A stretch of DNA of 62,908 nt, counting the filler, from Octopus bimaculoides (taxonomy: Eukaryota): assembly GCF_001194135.2 (NCBI RefSeq). It is 4 parts of 4 records of this genome, joined end to end, with 100 filler letters (N's around TTAATTAATTAA, not from the genome) between each part and the next. Parts side by side here need not be neighbours in the genome. Positions count along the whole stretch, not along the records: positions 48,273 to 60,530 come from NC_068987.1; positions 60,631 to 62,908 come from NC_068982.1; 2 more parts are not named here. One strand, given 5' to 3'. Position 1 is the stretch's first letter; the number at the start of each line of letters is the position of its first letter. Below the pieces are notes generated by a model. That model saw only the letters and a list, made by a program, of their open reading frames with translations. It had not been told where the DNA came from and did not search any database. This document shows, in pieces, positions 51,798 to 62,775 of the stretch. A program made the translations under genes and the position numbers.

Positions 51798-52620
51798 TAG
51801 CGAAATCTATCTGGAGCAATGTTAGTGAAGGGGAGTAACTCTAAGTTTTGGTAAAGAGGGAGCTAACTCTGACTTTATTAATATTTAATTATATATAATT
51901 ATACTTAGAAAAGGAAAATTCTCCTTTATATATATTTAATTATAATTAAAAAGTTAANNNNNNNNNNNNNNNNNNNNNNNNNNNNNNNNNNNNNNNNNNN
52001 NNNNNNNNNNNNNNNNNNNNNNNNNNNNNNNNNNNNNNNNNNNNNNNNNNNNNNNNNNNNNNNNNNNNNNNNNNNNNNNNNNNNNNNNNNNNNNNNNNNN
52101 NNNNNNNNNNNNNNNNNNNNNNNNNNNNNNNNNNNNNNNNNNNNNNNNNNNNNNNNNNNNNNNNNNNNNNNNNNNNNNNNNNNNNNNNNNNNNNNNNNNN
52201 NNNNNNNNNNNNNNNNNNNNNNNNNNNNNNNNNNNNNNNNNNNNNNNNNNNNNNNNNNNNNNNNNNNNNNNNNNNNNNNNNNNNNNNNNNNNNNNCGAGC
52301 TTAAACAGTACCCACTCTATTTCTTCTCAGAAAGACTATTACCACAACTTCGACTAAAATGTAAGACTAACTTTACCTAACTCTATTTTTATACCACTAT
52401 ATGCATTACTATATCCCCTAACTGTTACTCCTGCATCTCTCATACCATGAACTTTAATACTCTTCTCAACATTCTGAAGATATCTGCCAATCAAATTGGC
52501 ACATCGAAACGATCGTCAATGAATCATTATAAAATCTCAACATAATTAAATCAATGGCTAACTAGCGCAATTGACCTGCTTCTTCTTGTGTTTGTTTCTC
52601 CATTCTCCACTTGATTATTC

Positions 52621-52678
<58 letters not shown>

Positions 52679-52740
52679 AATTCAACTTGCGTTGAAAGTC
52701 AACAAAGAAAGTTTGCTGTAGAAGCGTTGAGATGTATTAA

Positions 52741-52872
52741 AGCATTTGACGCGTAATCACAGCGATGTGAGTTCGAGTCTCATGGCTAGCCACCGACAGA
52801 TTTTTCTCCAAAATATGGGTAGTTTATCCTGTTCATGTTATATTATTAGCATTATCCTGCGTTTGAGAATAA
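52741..52872 (+). repeat. Dispersed copy of the 317-bp tRNA-like unit
   Basis: GACGCGTAATCAC...GTGAGTTCGAGTCTCAT (intact B box)...TTATCCTGTTCA.GTTATATTATTAGCATTATCCTGCGTTTGAGAAT matches 47781-47900. Confidence 0.85.
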
Positions 52873-52910
52873 AATTATTTCCTTATCTGTATATGTATGT
52901 ATGTATGTAT

Positions 52911-52949
<39 letters not shown>

Positions 52950-53385
52950 GACAGAGAGTGGGGCAGTGAAAGCTTACTCTTCCTCTCTCCAAAAGCTATT
53001 CGCCCCCACCCCTCCATCCATGAATATCATATGAACTAAGTTTCGAGGATCTATAAACACGAACATAGGGGACTATATATNNNNNNNNNNNNNNNNNNNN
53101 NNNNNNNNNNNNNNNNNNNNNNNNNNNNNNNNNNNNNNNNNNNNNNNNNNNNNNNNNNNNNNNNNNNNNNNNNNNNNNNNNNNNNNNNNNNNNNNNNNNN
53201 NNNNNNNNNNNNNNNNNNNNNNNNNNNNNNNNNNNNNNNNNNNNNNNNNNNNNNNNNNNNNNNNNNNNNNNNNNNNNNNNNNNNNNNNNNNNNNNNNNNN
53301 NNNNNNNNNNNNNNNNNNNNNNNNNNNNNNNNNNCAATATTACTGTAATTTGTAGGGCGGTGAGCTGGCAGCACGCCGGGGAAAA

Positions 53386-56277
53386 TGGTGAAAGACTACA
53401 AGGAACCCAGGCCTGGAGTAATTTGCTATCGATGCAGACAAACAGGCCACATCACCAGTGAATGCATTCAGAGAAAAGGTCTAAGGGAAACTACTGCGCC
53501 GGTAGTCGTCCCGTCGAAAGAATAAAGGTGCGTATACAGTCGTTGCCAGTTTTAGATGTCGTGGTGAACGGAAAGGTGTCACGAGCCCTCGTGGACACGG
53601 GCTGCTCAACAACCCTAATGACTCCGGAGGTGGCGAAAGAATGGAGTGGAGTGAGTAGTGTAAGGTACAGAAGTTGAATACAGAGGAAGTAGCGATGTGT
53701 AGATGGTGGTACGAGGAACGAGATTTAGGTTGTGCGCGATCGTGATCGACCGCGTGGTGGACGGAATCGATGTGATGATGGGGATGGACGCCATTGTCCG
53801 TTTGGGAGGTGCTACGGTCAATGAAGCCGGTGTAACGTTCGGTGATGCGGGGGCGCTATGCACCGTGAGTCCGCAACAGGAGAGTGGTGAGAGTTGCGAA
53901 GAAAAATATGCTGCACACACCGTTACAGACAAGGATTTTCGGGCTGTGTTCGACAGCCAGCAGTGGACAGTGGAATGGTACTGGAAGGGAGATCCTCGGC
54001 GTTGAAAAAACGGAGTAGGCTGCAATCAGCATACCCCGAAAGGGGATGCCAGAAGCGAGTTCGGGGGAGAAGTGGAACGGTGGATCAACAAAGGTATTCT
54101 GATCCCTTGGAAGGAGGAAGTGGAGAGTGGAGTACTACCACTGATGGCAGTGATTCAGCCGACGAAGCATAAAGTCAGGCCAGTATTAGATTTCCGAGAG
54201 CTAAACATCCACGTATTGTGCCATATGGGCAGCGAAGCCATGGACATTTGCAGCGAAACCTTGAGAGAGTGGAGGAAGATGACAGGGGCCTCCACAATCG
54301 TCAATTTGAAGTCGGCATACCTGCAGCTACATGTGGCTGAGAGACTACGGAAATATCAGCTAGTAAGATATAAGGGTCGGACATACTGCCTGACCAGGTT
54401 GGGATTTGGGCGAAATTCAGCACCGAAAATTATGGCGACGATTCTCAAAACCATCCTGGGAAAGGCGGATAAAGTGAAAAGAGCCACCAATTCCTATATT
54501 GGTGACATCCTGGTGGACAAGAGCATAGTGTCGGCAAAGGAGATCATATGCTACCTGAAGAGTTTTTAGCTAACTGCCAAACCGCTGGAAGTGATGGAAG
54601 GAGGAGCTGCACTGGGACTCAAGATACGGAGAGACAAGGCCGGTGCATTGGTGTTTCGGAGACGGAATGAGATCCCAGAACTGGGATCAAAGATGAGTAG
54701 GCGAGAACTGTTTTCCGTGTGTGGGAAGTTGCTGGGACACTACTCAATTGCAGGATGGCTCCGGACGGTATGCAACTTCATCAAGAGGCGAGTTGAAGAA
54801 GTGAGGTGCAGTGACAACGTGAGCGAGAAGACAACTGCATTGTTGCAAGAAGTCTAGGAAAGAGTGACTACGGAGGACCAAGTAGAGGAAAATGGCATGT
54901 GCCCAAATTGAAGAATGGAATCATGTGGTGTGATGCCAGCAGCATAGCAACGGGAGTTGTCCTGGAAATTGGAGGTGTCGTAGTGGAGGATGCGGCCTGG
55001 CTCAGGAAGAAGGACGACTGCAACCACATCAACGTGACGGAGCTGGATACCGTGTTGAAGAGGATGAACCTGGCCCTGAGGTGGGGGCTGCGTACCAACG
55101 AAATCCGGGCCGATTCGACCACTGTACTTAGATGGGTGGGATCAGTGGTCACCGGCGAACCAAAGGGGGCGCAGAGATGTTGATAAGACGCCGTTTAGGA
55201 ATTCTGAGTGAGCTAGCTGCCGAGGTTGACCTGAAGTTGAGTGTGGTTTTTGTGCNNNNNNNNNNNNNNNNNNNNNNNNNNNNNNNNNNNNNNNNNNNNN
55301 NNNNNNNNNNNNNNNNNNNNNNNNNNNNNNNNNNNNNNNNNNNNNNNNNNNNNNNNNNNNNNNNNNNNNNNNNNNNNNNNNNNNNNNNNNNNNNNNNNNN
55401 NNNNNNNNNNNNNNNNNNNNNNNNNNNNNNNNNNNNNNNNNNNNNNNNNNNNNNNNNNNNNNNNNNNNNNNNNNNNNNNNNNNNNNNNNNNNNNNNNNNN
55501 NNNNNNNNNNNNNNNNNNNNNNNNNNNNNNNNNNNNNNNNNNNNNNNNNNNNNNNNNNNNNNNNNNNNNNNNNNNNNNNNNNNNNNNNNNNNNNNNNNNN
55601 NNNNNNNNNNNNNNNNNNNNNNNNNNNNNNNNNNNNNNNNNNNNNNNNNNNNNNNNNNNNNNNNNNNNNNNNNNNNNNNNNNNNNNNNNNNNNNNNNNNN
55701 NNNNNNNNNNNNNNNNNNNNNNNNNNNNNNNNNNNNNNNNNNNNNNNNNNNNNNNNNNNNNNNNNNNNNNNNNNNNNNNNNNNNNNNNNNNNNNNNNNNN
55801 NNNNNNNNNNNNNNNNNNNNNNNNNNNNNNNNNNGCCCAGGTCGGGACAGGCTGAGGAGTCAGTGCCACACATGATAATATTGAAGTACGAGTGGAGACA
55901 TCCATGTACCGCATCGCCACAACCCGCAGAAGAGAAAGAGCGTGTCTTTGTGTGGGTCGGGGAAGAAGTCTGGGTTAAACCCCCTAATGCCCAGTGCACA
56001 TCTCAATGGGGAAAGGGGACAATAACCTCTGTAAATTCGAGGAACAAATATGTCCGTAGATGGCATGATACGTCATGTTTTGGCTGTGCGCAGGATCATC
56101 ACTTCGACGGAGGATGGAGCCAACAGTAATGGACAAGAGGACGAAGCTGGCAGCAACATGCCAGGAATTGAGGCCAGTCCTGAAGTCCCACGGCGGTCGC
56201 AGAGGGACTGGTGCCCTACTCACTGGTTGGTTGATTACGAGACAAGTTAAGGCGTATGGTCAAGGTTGAGGAGAGGG
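53386..56277 (+). mobile_element. Decayed LTR retrotransposon internal region (gag end, PR, RT, RNase H, IN; Ty3/gypsy domain order)
   Basis: Gag knuckle CYRCRQTGHITSEC (53424-53465); protease LVDTGCS and DVMMGMD; RT VRPVLDFRELN, (D)LKSAYLQ, LTRLGFG.NSAP, YIGDI (YxDD mutated); RNase H WCDAS...HINVTELD...DSTTVLRW; IN C-terminus VGEEVWVKPP...WGKG. The integrase core falls in the gap at 55256-55834. Polypurine tract GAGGAGAGGG at 56268-56277. Confidence 0.9.
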
Positions 56278-56566
56278 TGTTGGCAAGTTGGTTGAATGAT
56301 CTTCAGATCAGTGGGGCGTGTGGTGTTATGAGCCAGGCTGTGTTGTAGGGAAGGACCAGAAGTGAGGGAGTGCGCATTTCCTGTCGGAAGTGGGGCCTGT
56401 GGGTCCCACTGGGAGGGCTGCGGTGGGCATGCAGGGTCGGCAAGGTGCGAACAGCCAGTTGGCGGTGGACAGCGTACGAGAGCAGACGTGTTAGACGGTA
56501 CGGTGGCAGACAGAGCATGTGGACGCTGTGAGTGACCCTTCTAGATTGACAGGTAAGACTACCACA
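56278..56566 (+). mobile_element. Probable 3' LTR (right end uncertain)
   Basis: Begins TG immediately after the polypurine tract; GC-rich until about ACCACA at 56566. No 5' LTR is visible for comparison. Confidence 0.5.
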
Positions 56567-57419
56567 ATTCTCTCTTTGCTTACATCTTTTTCTTCTTTCA
56601 CATAACCATCAAATGTTCTGTTTGAGAGGACGAGAAATCTTACATTGATCTACTTCTCCTCTCGTTTACTCAGTACAACTGTTGACTTTTTTAAAGTTTA
56701 ATTTTGATTTAATGATGATCGGTTGGCCAAAGTCATTTCTTTGAAAATGATCGTTTCACAGAATATTAATCCATGATGTGTCGAGGATTCAATGTTATTC
56801 CATTTGAAAAACTTTTAGCCATGCAAAATTTATCTAATGTAATGTCTATCAACCGCTACTATACAACTACATTTTTTCCACTGATTTCACGGATTCCCAT
56901 GACTCTCCGTCGTCATGCAATTCCATTATTATGAAATGAATTGGAAGCATGTGTCATAATGAATCTTTCCTTAGCTGATGACACTACCATGGACATCACT
57001 CCTTTGAATGTGTTGCAGTTACTCTTCTGCTAGAGCTTGGTGGTCCTGACCATTGATCTTCTAGGTTTCCTCCGCTCAGCATCAATGTAAGAAGCACTAT
57101 TGACTCGGTTGAACTCTTCCGCTACCTCTTCACATTCCACCATGCTGCAGTCCTGTGACTTCGCCGTATCTCTAGCAGGATGGCTAAACGAGTGCTGTGC
57201 CTTGCCAAAGGGCAGCCTCGATTAGGTATTTTCAAAGTAACATAAACTATATACAACTACATAAATAATGTCGATTAAGTATAAATACAGTAAAAACAGG
57301 CATTGGTCTCTTGCTTTCTAACATATGTCATTTTATGGAGAGAATACTGCAAGTGAGATGTATTAAAACCGTGAAACGTTGTAGCAATTATATAGAAAAA
57401 CACATTAAAAAATTAATAC

Positions 57420-57459
57420 CCGCTACTATTCAGGAGGAAATACAATATTAAGTTATATA
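57420..57459 (+). promoter_or_regulatory. Candidate upstream Pol III elements of the Gly(CCC) copy
   Basis: CCGCTACTA at -58 and ATATTAAGTTATATA at -33, the same offsets as at the Gly(GCC) gene. Confidence 0.5.
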
Positions 57460-57477
57460 AAATTGACTACAGTGTCA

Positions 57478-57548
57478 GCATAGGTGGTCCAATGGTAGAA
57501 TGCTCGCCTCCCACGCGGGAGGCGCGGTTTCGGTTCCCGGACTATACA
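57478..57548 (+). pseudogene. tRNA-Gly(CCC) pseudogene
   Basis: 71 nt, colinear with tRNA-Gly, anticodon loop CT-CCC-AC. Mismatches in the acceptor stem (2), D stem (1) and T stem (2), plus A58G. Confidence 0.85.
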
Positions 57549-57915
57549 TATAAAAGTAACTTTTTATTGTGTTATTTATATATTACATTTTGTTGACATA
57601 CATTTCCAACATTTGTCGGATCTTTTGTGTAGCTGCACCTGTGGAAATTTCAAAGTTTATTTAAAATTTTAAAATTTGGTGTATTGTATAATTTTCCACG
57701 CTGAATTTCAGAAGATATTTTTCTTAGTCCAGAAAAAAATTATGAAAAAAAGTTAAAGAAGTTTAACTTCTGATAATTTTTACCCAGTCAGGAAACGATT
57801 TGGAAGCTGTCATTTTGTGCGTGATAGCATATATTGTGAGTGTTTCTTTGCGATGGACAGCACAAAAGCCACCTGCCCATCTTTCCTTAAAGCAACGTAT
57901 TCCTCACACTCTCCA

Positions 57916-57984
<69 letters not shown>

Positions 57985-58519
57985 NNNNNNNNNNNNNNNN
58001 NNNNNNNNNNNNNNNNNNNNNNNNNNNNNNNNNNNNNNNNNNNNNNNNNNNNNNNNNNNNNNNNNNNNNNNNNNNNNNNNNNNNNNNNNNNNNNNNNNNN
58101 NNNNNNNNNNNNNNNNNNNNNNNNNNNNNNNNNNNNNNNNNNNNNNNNNNNNNNNNNNNNNNNNNNNNNNNNNNNNNNNNNNNNNNNNNNNNNNNNNNNN
58201 NNNNNNNNNNNNNNNNNNNNNNNNNNNNNNNNNNNNNNNNNNNNNNNNNNNNNNNNNNNNNNNNNNNNNNNNNNNNNNNNNNNNNNNNNNNNNNNNNNNN
58301 NNNNNNNNNNNNNNNNNNNNNNNNNNNNNNNNNNNNNNNNNNNNNNNNNNNNNNNNNNNNNNNNNNNNNNNNNNNNNNNNNNNNNNNNNNNNNNNNNNNN
58401 NNNNNNNNNNNNNNNNNNNNNNNNNNNNNNNNNNNNNNNNNNNNNNNNNNNNNNNNNNNNNNNNNNNNNNNNNNNNNNNNNNNNNNNNNNNNNNNNNNNN
58501 NNNNNNNNNNNNNNNNATA

Positions 58520-58880
58520 AAGTTAGAGTATAGTGCTGATAAATTTTATATCAAAGTGCTTGATGAATTGAACAGATTGACAAATAAATTTTAAATAACT
58601 CGTTATTTGTAGATTCTGTTTTCTTTAATTTCTCTTGTAACCAGCAACGGTCATCACGGCAGGGTCGTTGCCATGGTATTGTTAATGAGGGAACACCAAA
58701 GTCCAGTGAACAGGAGTATCAAGCACGATGCATAACCTGTTGATAGAAGTGCATTTTCTCACATTAAAACTAGTTCATAGCGCTTTCACAGATGGAGTGG
58801 TGGGGCGAATGGCATTTGGTGAGCGGGAGAGGAAGGTTCCACTACTCCATTCTCTTCCTTGGCGATTGGCTTGCATCATG
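58520..58880 (+). repeat. Left outer arm of the palindrome
   Basis: Reverse complement of 59638-59998 with 9 substitutions in 361 bp by manual comparison. The left end abuts an N gap. Confidence 0.95.
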
Positions 58881-59193
58881 AAAAAGGATGTAATCGGTCA
58901 AGTGGCTATGCAGGACAGACGGACATAGAACCACACACAACACTGTATAAAGTGCTGTGAATGGATATTTGCTTATAGGTTTCTTGTTTCAAGCCTCTGA
59001 TTTAAAATCAAGCTCTCTCGTCGACAAATGGGATCTTTTCTTTAAAGAAGAAAACATTTTCTCACAGGAAGTAGATGTGGCTGGTATGGTCAGAATCAGA
59101 ATCAGAGTTAGTAATTCTGTTACTTCGGCCAGGGCTTGATTTATTTCATACTCTCGTATTAAGTCTGCGACTTCTCAGTTGTGTGACATTTAA

Positions 59194-59233
59194 CCGCTAC
59201 TACTCTGAAGAGAATGACATATTAAGTTATATA
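59194..59233 (+). promoter_or_regulatory. Candidate upstream Pol III elements of tRNA-Gly(GCC)
   Basis: CCGCTACTA at -58 and TATA-like ATATTAAGTTATATA at -33, conserved with 57420-57459 while the spacers differ. Confidence 0.5.
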
Positions 59234-59251
59234 GGAGGTTAGAAAATGTCA

Positions 59252-59322
59252 GCATCGGTGGTTCAGTGGTAGAATGCTCGCCTGCCACGCGGGCGACCCG
59301 GGTTCGATTCCCGGCCGATGCA
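59252..59322 (+). tRNA. tRNA-Gly(GCC), intact
   Basis: GCATCGG/CCGATGC acceptor stem, D arm GTTC-AGTGGTA-GAAT, anticodon arm CTCGC-CTGCCAC-GCGGG, T arm CCGGG-TTCGATT-CCCGG, discriminator A. Canonical metazoan Gly-GCC. Confidence 0.98.
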
Positions 59323-59335
59323 CTGTGGAATACTA

Positions 59336-59349
59336 TTTTTTTTTTTTTT
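59336..59349 (+). terminator. Pol III oligo-T terminator
   Basis: T14 run 13 nt downstream of the tRNA. Confidence 0.85.
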
Positions 59350-59637
59350 ACTGTGTTAACTTTTGACGTCATACATTTTGAACATTTGTCAAGTCAACTT
59401 GATTTTAAATAAGAAGCTTGAAACAGGAAATCTACAATCAAATATTGATTCATGGCATTTATTCTGTGTTACTTGTGGTTCTTTGTCCGTGTGTCACGCA
59501 GTTATTTGACCAACTACACTCGTTTTCAGTCATTAGACTGTGGTTATTCTGGGGCACCACCTTGAATTATCAGTAAACATTTGTGTGTGTGTGTGTATCA
59601 GTGGTGAAGTGTTACTTGGAAACCAGGAAATGCAGTC

Positions 59638-59998
59638 CATGATGCAAGCCAATCGCCAAGGTAGAGAATGGAGTAGTGGCACCTTCCTCTCCCGCTCACC
59701 AAATGCCATTCGCCCTACCACTCCATCTGTGAAAGCGCTATGAACTAGTTTTAATGTGAGAAAATGCACTTCTATCAACAGGTTATGCATCGTGCTTGAT
59801 ACTACTGTTCACTGGACTTTGGTGTTCCCTCATTAACAATACCTTGTCAACGACCCTGCCGTGATGACCGTTGCTGGTTACAAGAGAAATTAAAGAAAAC
59901 AGAATCTACAAATAACGAGTTATTTAAAATTTATTTGTCAATCTGTTCAATTCATCAAGCACTTTGATATAAAATTTATTAGCACTACGCTCTAACTT
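59638..59998 (-). repeat. Right outer arm of the palindrome
   Basis: Inverse of 58520-58880. The ORF track independently shows the same 51-aa string on opposite strands. Confidence 0.95.
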
Positions 59999-60530
59999 CA
60001 TCTTCAAAATACCTTTATTCATGGAAATGAAAACGAAATTACTCAAGTTTCCTTCCTTTGAGAACATCTATGTTGTTGTTGGCACTCCGTCGCTTACGAC
60101 ATCGAGGGTTCCAGNNNNNNNNNNNNNNNNNNNNNNNNNNNNNNNNNNNNNNNNNNNNNNNNNNNNNNNNNNNNNNNNNNNNNNNNNNNNNNNNNNNNNN
60201 NNNNNNNNNNNNNNTTTGTTTATTGTTCTTCTCTCGGTTATTCTCTTCTGATGTCGGAGTTCTTTACTGACAGCTTTTAGCTCCTGCTTGAGGGTAAGCA
60301 GTTTTCAAGTGAGCATCCTCATTTTGCAATCTCTCATTTTACATCTTTCTGAATAAACTCTATTTCTTCTTGCAATTCATGCCTTGTTGGAGCCGAACGA
60401 CTATACTTTTACTTAGCTTACCAGTTGCTAACCTTCTCTGTAAATTTTATGCATTCGTTTCTTGTTTTGTCTTATTTTTATGTTGTTCTGTTCAACTTTT
60501 TATTGTGTGTATACGTGTGTATGTACACAC

Positions 60531-60630
60531 NNNNNNNNNNNNNNNNNNNNNNNNNNNNNNNNNNNNNNNNNNNNTTAATTAATTAANNNNNNNNNNNNNN
60601 NNNNNNNNNNNNNNNNNNNNNNNNNNNNNN
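60531..60630. other. Artificial 100-bp scaffold linker
   Basis: N44-TTAATTAATTAA-N44. Confidence 0.95.
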
Positions 60631-61463
60631 CGGGTGACAGGTAAAAGCACCCACTACACTCTCTGAGTGGTTGGCGTTAGGAAGGGCATCCAGCTGTAGA
60701 AACTCTGCCAAATCAGACTGGAGCCTGGTGTTGCCATCCGGTTTCACCAGTCCTCAGTCAAATCGTCCAACCCATGCTAGCATGGAAAGCGGACGTTAAA
60801 CGATGATGATGATGATGATACGAAAGGCTTCTTTCAGTTTCTGTCTACCAAATCCACTCACAAGGATTTGGTTGGCCCGCAGCTATAGTAGAAGACACTG
60901 ACCCAAGGTGCCACGCAGTGGGACTGAACCAGGAACCATGTGGTTCGGAAGCAAGCTTCTTACCACACAGTCACTTCTTGTATATGGTGGCACGTCTAAA
61001 GACATTCAAGTGAGATCGTTGCCAGTGCCGCTGGACTGGCTCCTATGCGGGACATGAAACTCGGCTTGTGAAGACCTGTTGGGGCAAGCGAACTCGTGAT
61101 GGCACCTGTGCCCAGTGTCGCCTTACTGGCACGTGTAAAGACATTCGAGAAATATCGTGCCAGTGCCGTTGGACTGGCTCCTGTGCAGGTGGAACATAAA
61201 ATACACCATTTTGAGCGTGGCCATTGCCAGTACCGCCTGACTGGCCTTTGTGCTGGTGGCACGTAAAAGCACTCACTTGGAGTGGTTGGTGTTAGGAAGG
61301 GCATCCAGCTGTAGAAACTCTGCCAGATCAGTTTGGAGCCTGGTGTAGCCATCTGGTTTCACCAGTCCTCAGTCAAATCATCCAACCCATGCTAGCATGG
61401 AAAGCGGATGTTAAACGATGAGGATGATGATGATGATAAGAGACCAAAGTGTACGTACACCAC

Positions 61464-61496
<33 letters not shown>

Positions 61497-61735
61497 AATA
61501 TAAAATGGGACAAGAACGCAAAACATAAAAAAGGCGACAACTGGTGCTGGTGCCATGTAAAAGGCATCCAGTACACTCTCTAAAGTAGTTAGTATTAGGA
61601 AGGGCATCCAGTCATAGAAACTGTGCCAAAAAAAAAACAATGGAGTTCTGTGTGACCCATGGACTTACCAGTTCCTATCAACCTATCTAACCCATGGCAG
61701 CATGGAAAGTAGACGTTAAATGATGATGATGATGT
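60631..61735 (+). mobile_element. Cluster of family C elements with (GAT)n tails and internal ~60-bp tandem units
   Basis: GAGTGGTTGG.GTTAGGAAGGGCATCCAGCTGTAGAAAC...CCCATGCTAGCATGGAAAGCGGA.GTTAAACGATGATG at 60631-60819, 60985-61437 and 61545-61735 (diverged). The GGAAGGGCATCC segment resembles recalled RTE-clade 3' UTRs. Confidence 0.8.
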
Positions 61736-62084
61736 GTCTTCACTTCTTGTATGACACAAATCCATTTGACAACACATGTAGCGGTCAGTTTCTATACCAC
61801 CTGAACTCCCCTGAATCAAAACACCCCTTTTTATAATTATTTTAAATGAAATTATAATCTGTGAAATCTAAGGGAGAAAAAGAGGACTATCATTCTGTTA
61901 ATGGTTGCTATAAAACTCAATGCACGTGTTAACTGAAATTTTGGGACTCATTTCTGATATGTTGTTTCTGAAGTGAATTTTATAAAGAAAAGAACTGCAT
62001 ACGGATCACTAAAATACTATTTCTGTTGTAATGCTTGTACGTCCCATGTCAGTTGTCTGTTACTAATTTAATAAATATAAATAA

Positions 62085-62333
62085 ATGAGCCCTTTTAAAG
62101 CCTAGCCAGGCTCATGGGCCCAGTTTCCTGGTTTCAATGGCGTATGCGTTCCCCAGCTGGACGGGACGCCAGTCCATCGCAGCGTTACTCATTTTTGCCA
62201 GCTGAGTGGACTGGAGCAACGTGAAATGAAGTGTTTTGCTCGAGAACACAACATGTCGCTCGGTCCAGGAATCGAAACCACAATCTTACGATCATGGTGC
62301 TGACACTCTAACCACTAAGCCATGTGCCTCCAC
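62085..62333 (-). mobile_element. SINE family D
   Basis: Near-identical to 40851-41099. Confidence 0.85.
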
Positions 62334-62504
62334 CTGTTACTAATTGCATTTTATTAATTACTAACATCTCTTTTTACCGACTTTGTTTGAATGATCTGTT
62401 TTCTAGTTTTACTTAATTAATTAATAATTACACATGCACAGCATTATATTCTGTACAAATGACCAGATTAAAAAAGTGTGTGTGTGTGTGAGGGGGGGAA
62501 AAAT

Positions 62505-62775
62505 ATTTTCTGCATCAACCAAAACTTTGTGAATAGATTTGGTAGATAGAAATTGAAACAAGCCTGTTGTGTGTGTGTGTGTGTGTGTGCGCTCTTCTTT
62601 GTCCCCATCCACTGCTTGATAACCAGTGTTGGTTTGTTAACATTCCTGTAACTTAGCAGTTCAGCAAAAGTGACCGATAGAATAAGTACCAGGTTTAAAG
62701 AAAGAATTAGTACTGAGGTCCATTTGGCCAAGGGACTGCTCCAAAATGACCACAGTCCAGAGCCTGAAACCAGTA
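62505..62775 (+). mobile_element. SINE family B, body and 3' part
   Basis: GATTTGGTAGATAGAAATTGAAAC...GACCGATAGAATAAGTACC...AATGACCACAGTCC. Confidence 0.75.

Noticed and set aside
53495-53505. GGGAAAC near the gag-pol overlap as a -1 slippery site
   Set aside because: It is not in the X XXY YYZ register of the gag frame in this copy; an intact copy would be needed to judge.
58728-58928. Identical 51-aa ORF on opposite strands (also 59533-59790)
   Set aside because: It results from the DNA palindrome; no recognisable domain, and the C-termini diverge at the arm boundary.
60985-61270. Regularly spaced ~60-bp units, superficially CRISPR-like
   Set aside because: They are imperfect tandem repeats inside a eukaryotic retroelement, with no unique spacers and no cas genes.
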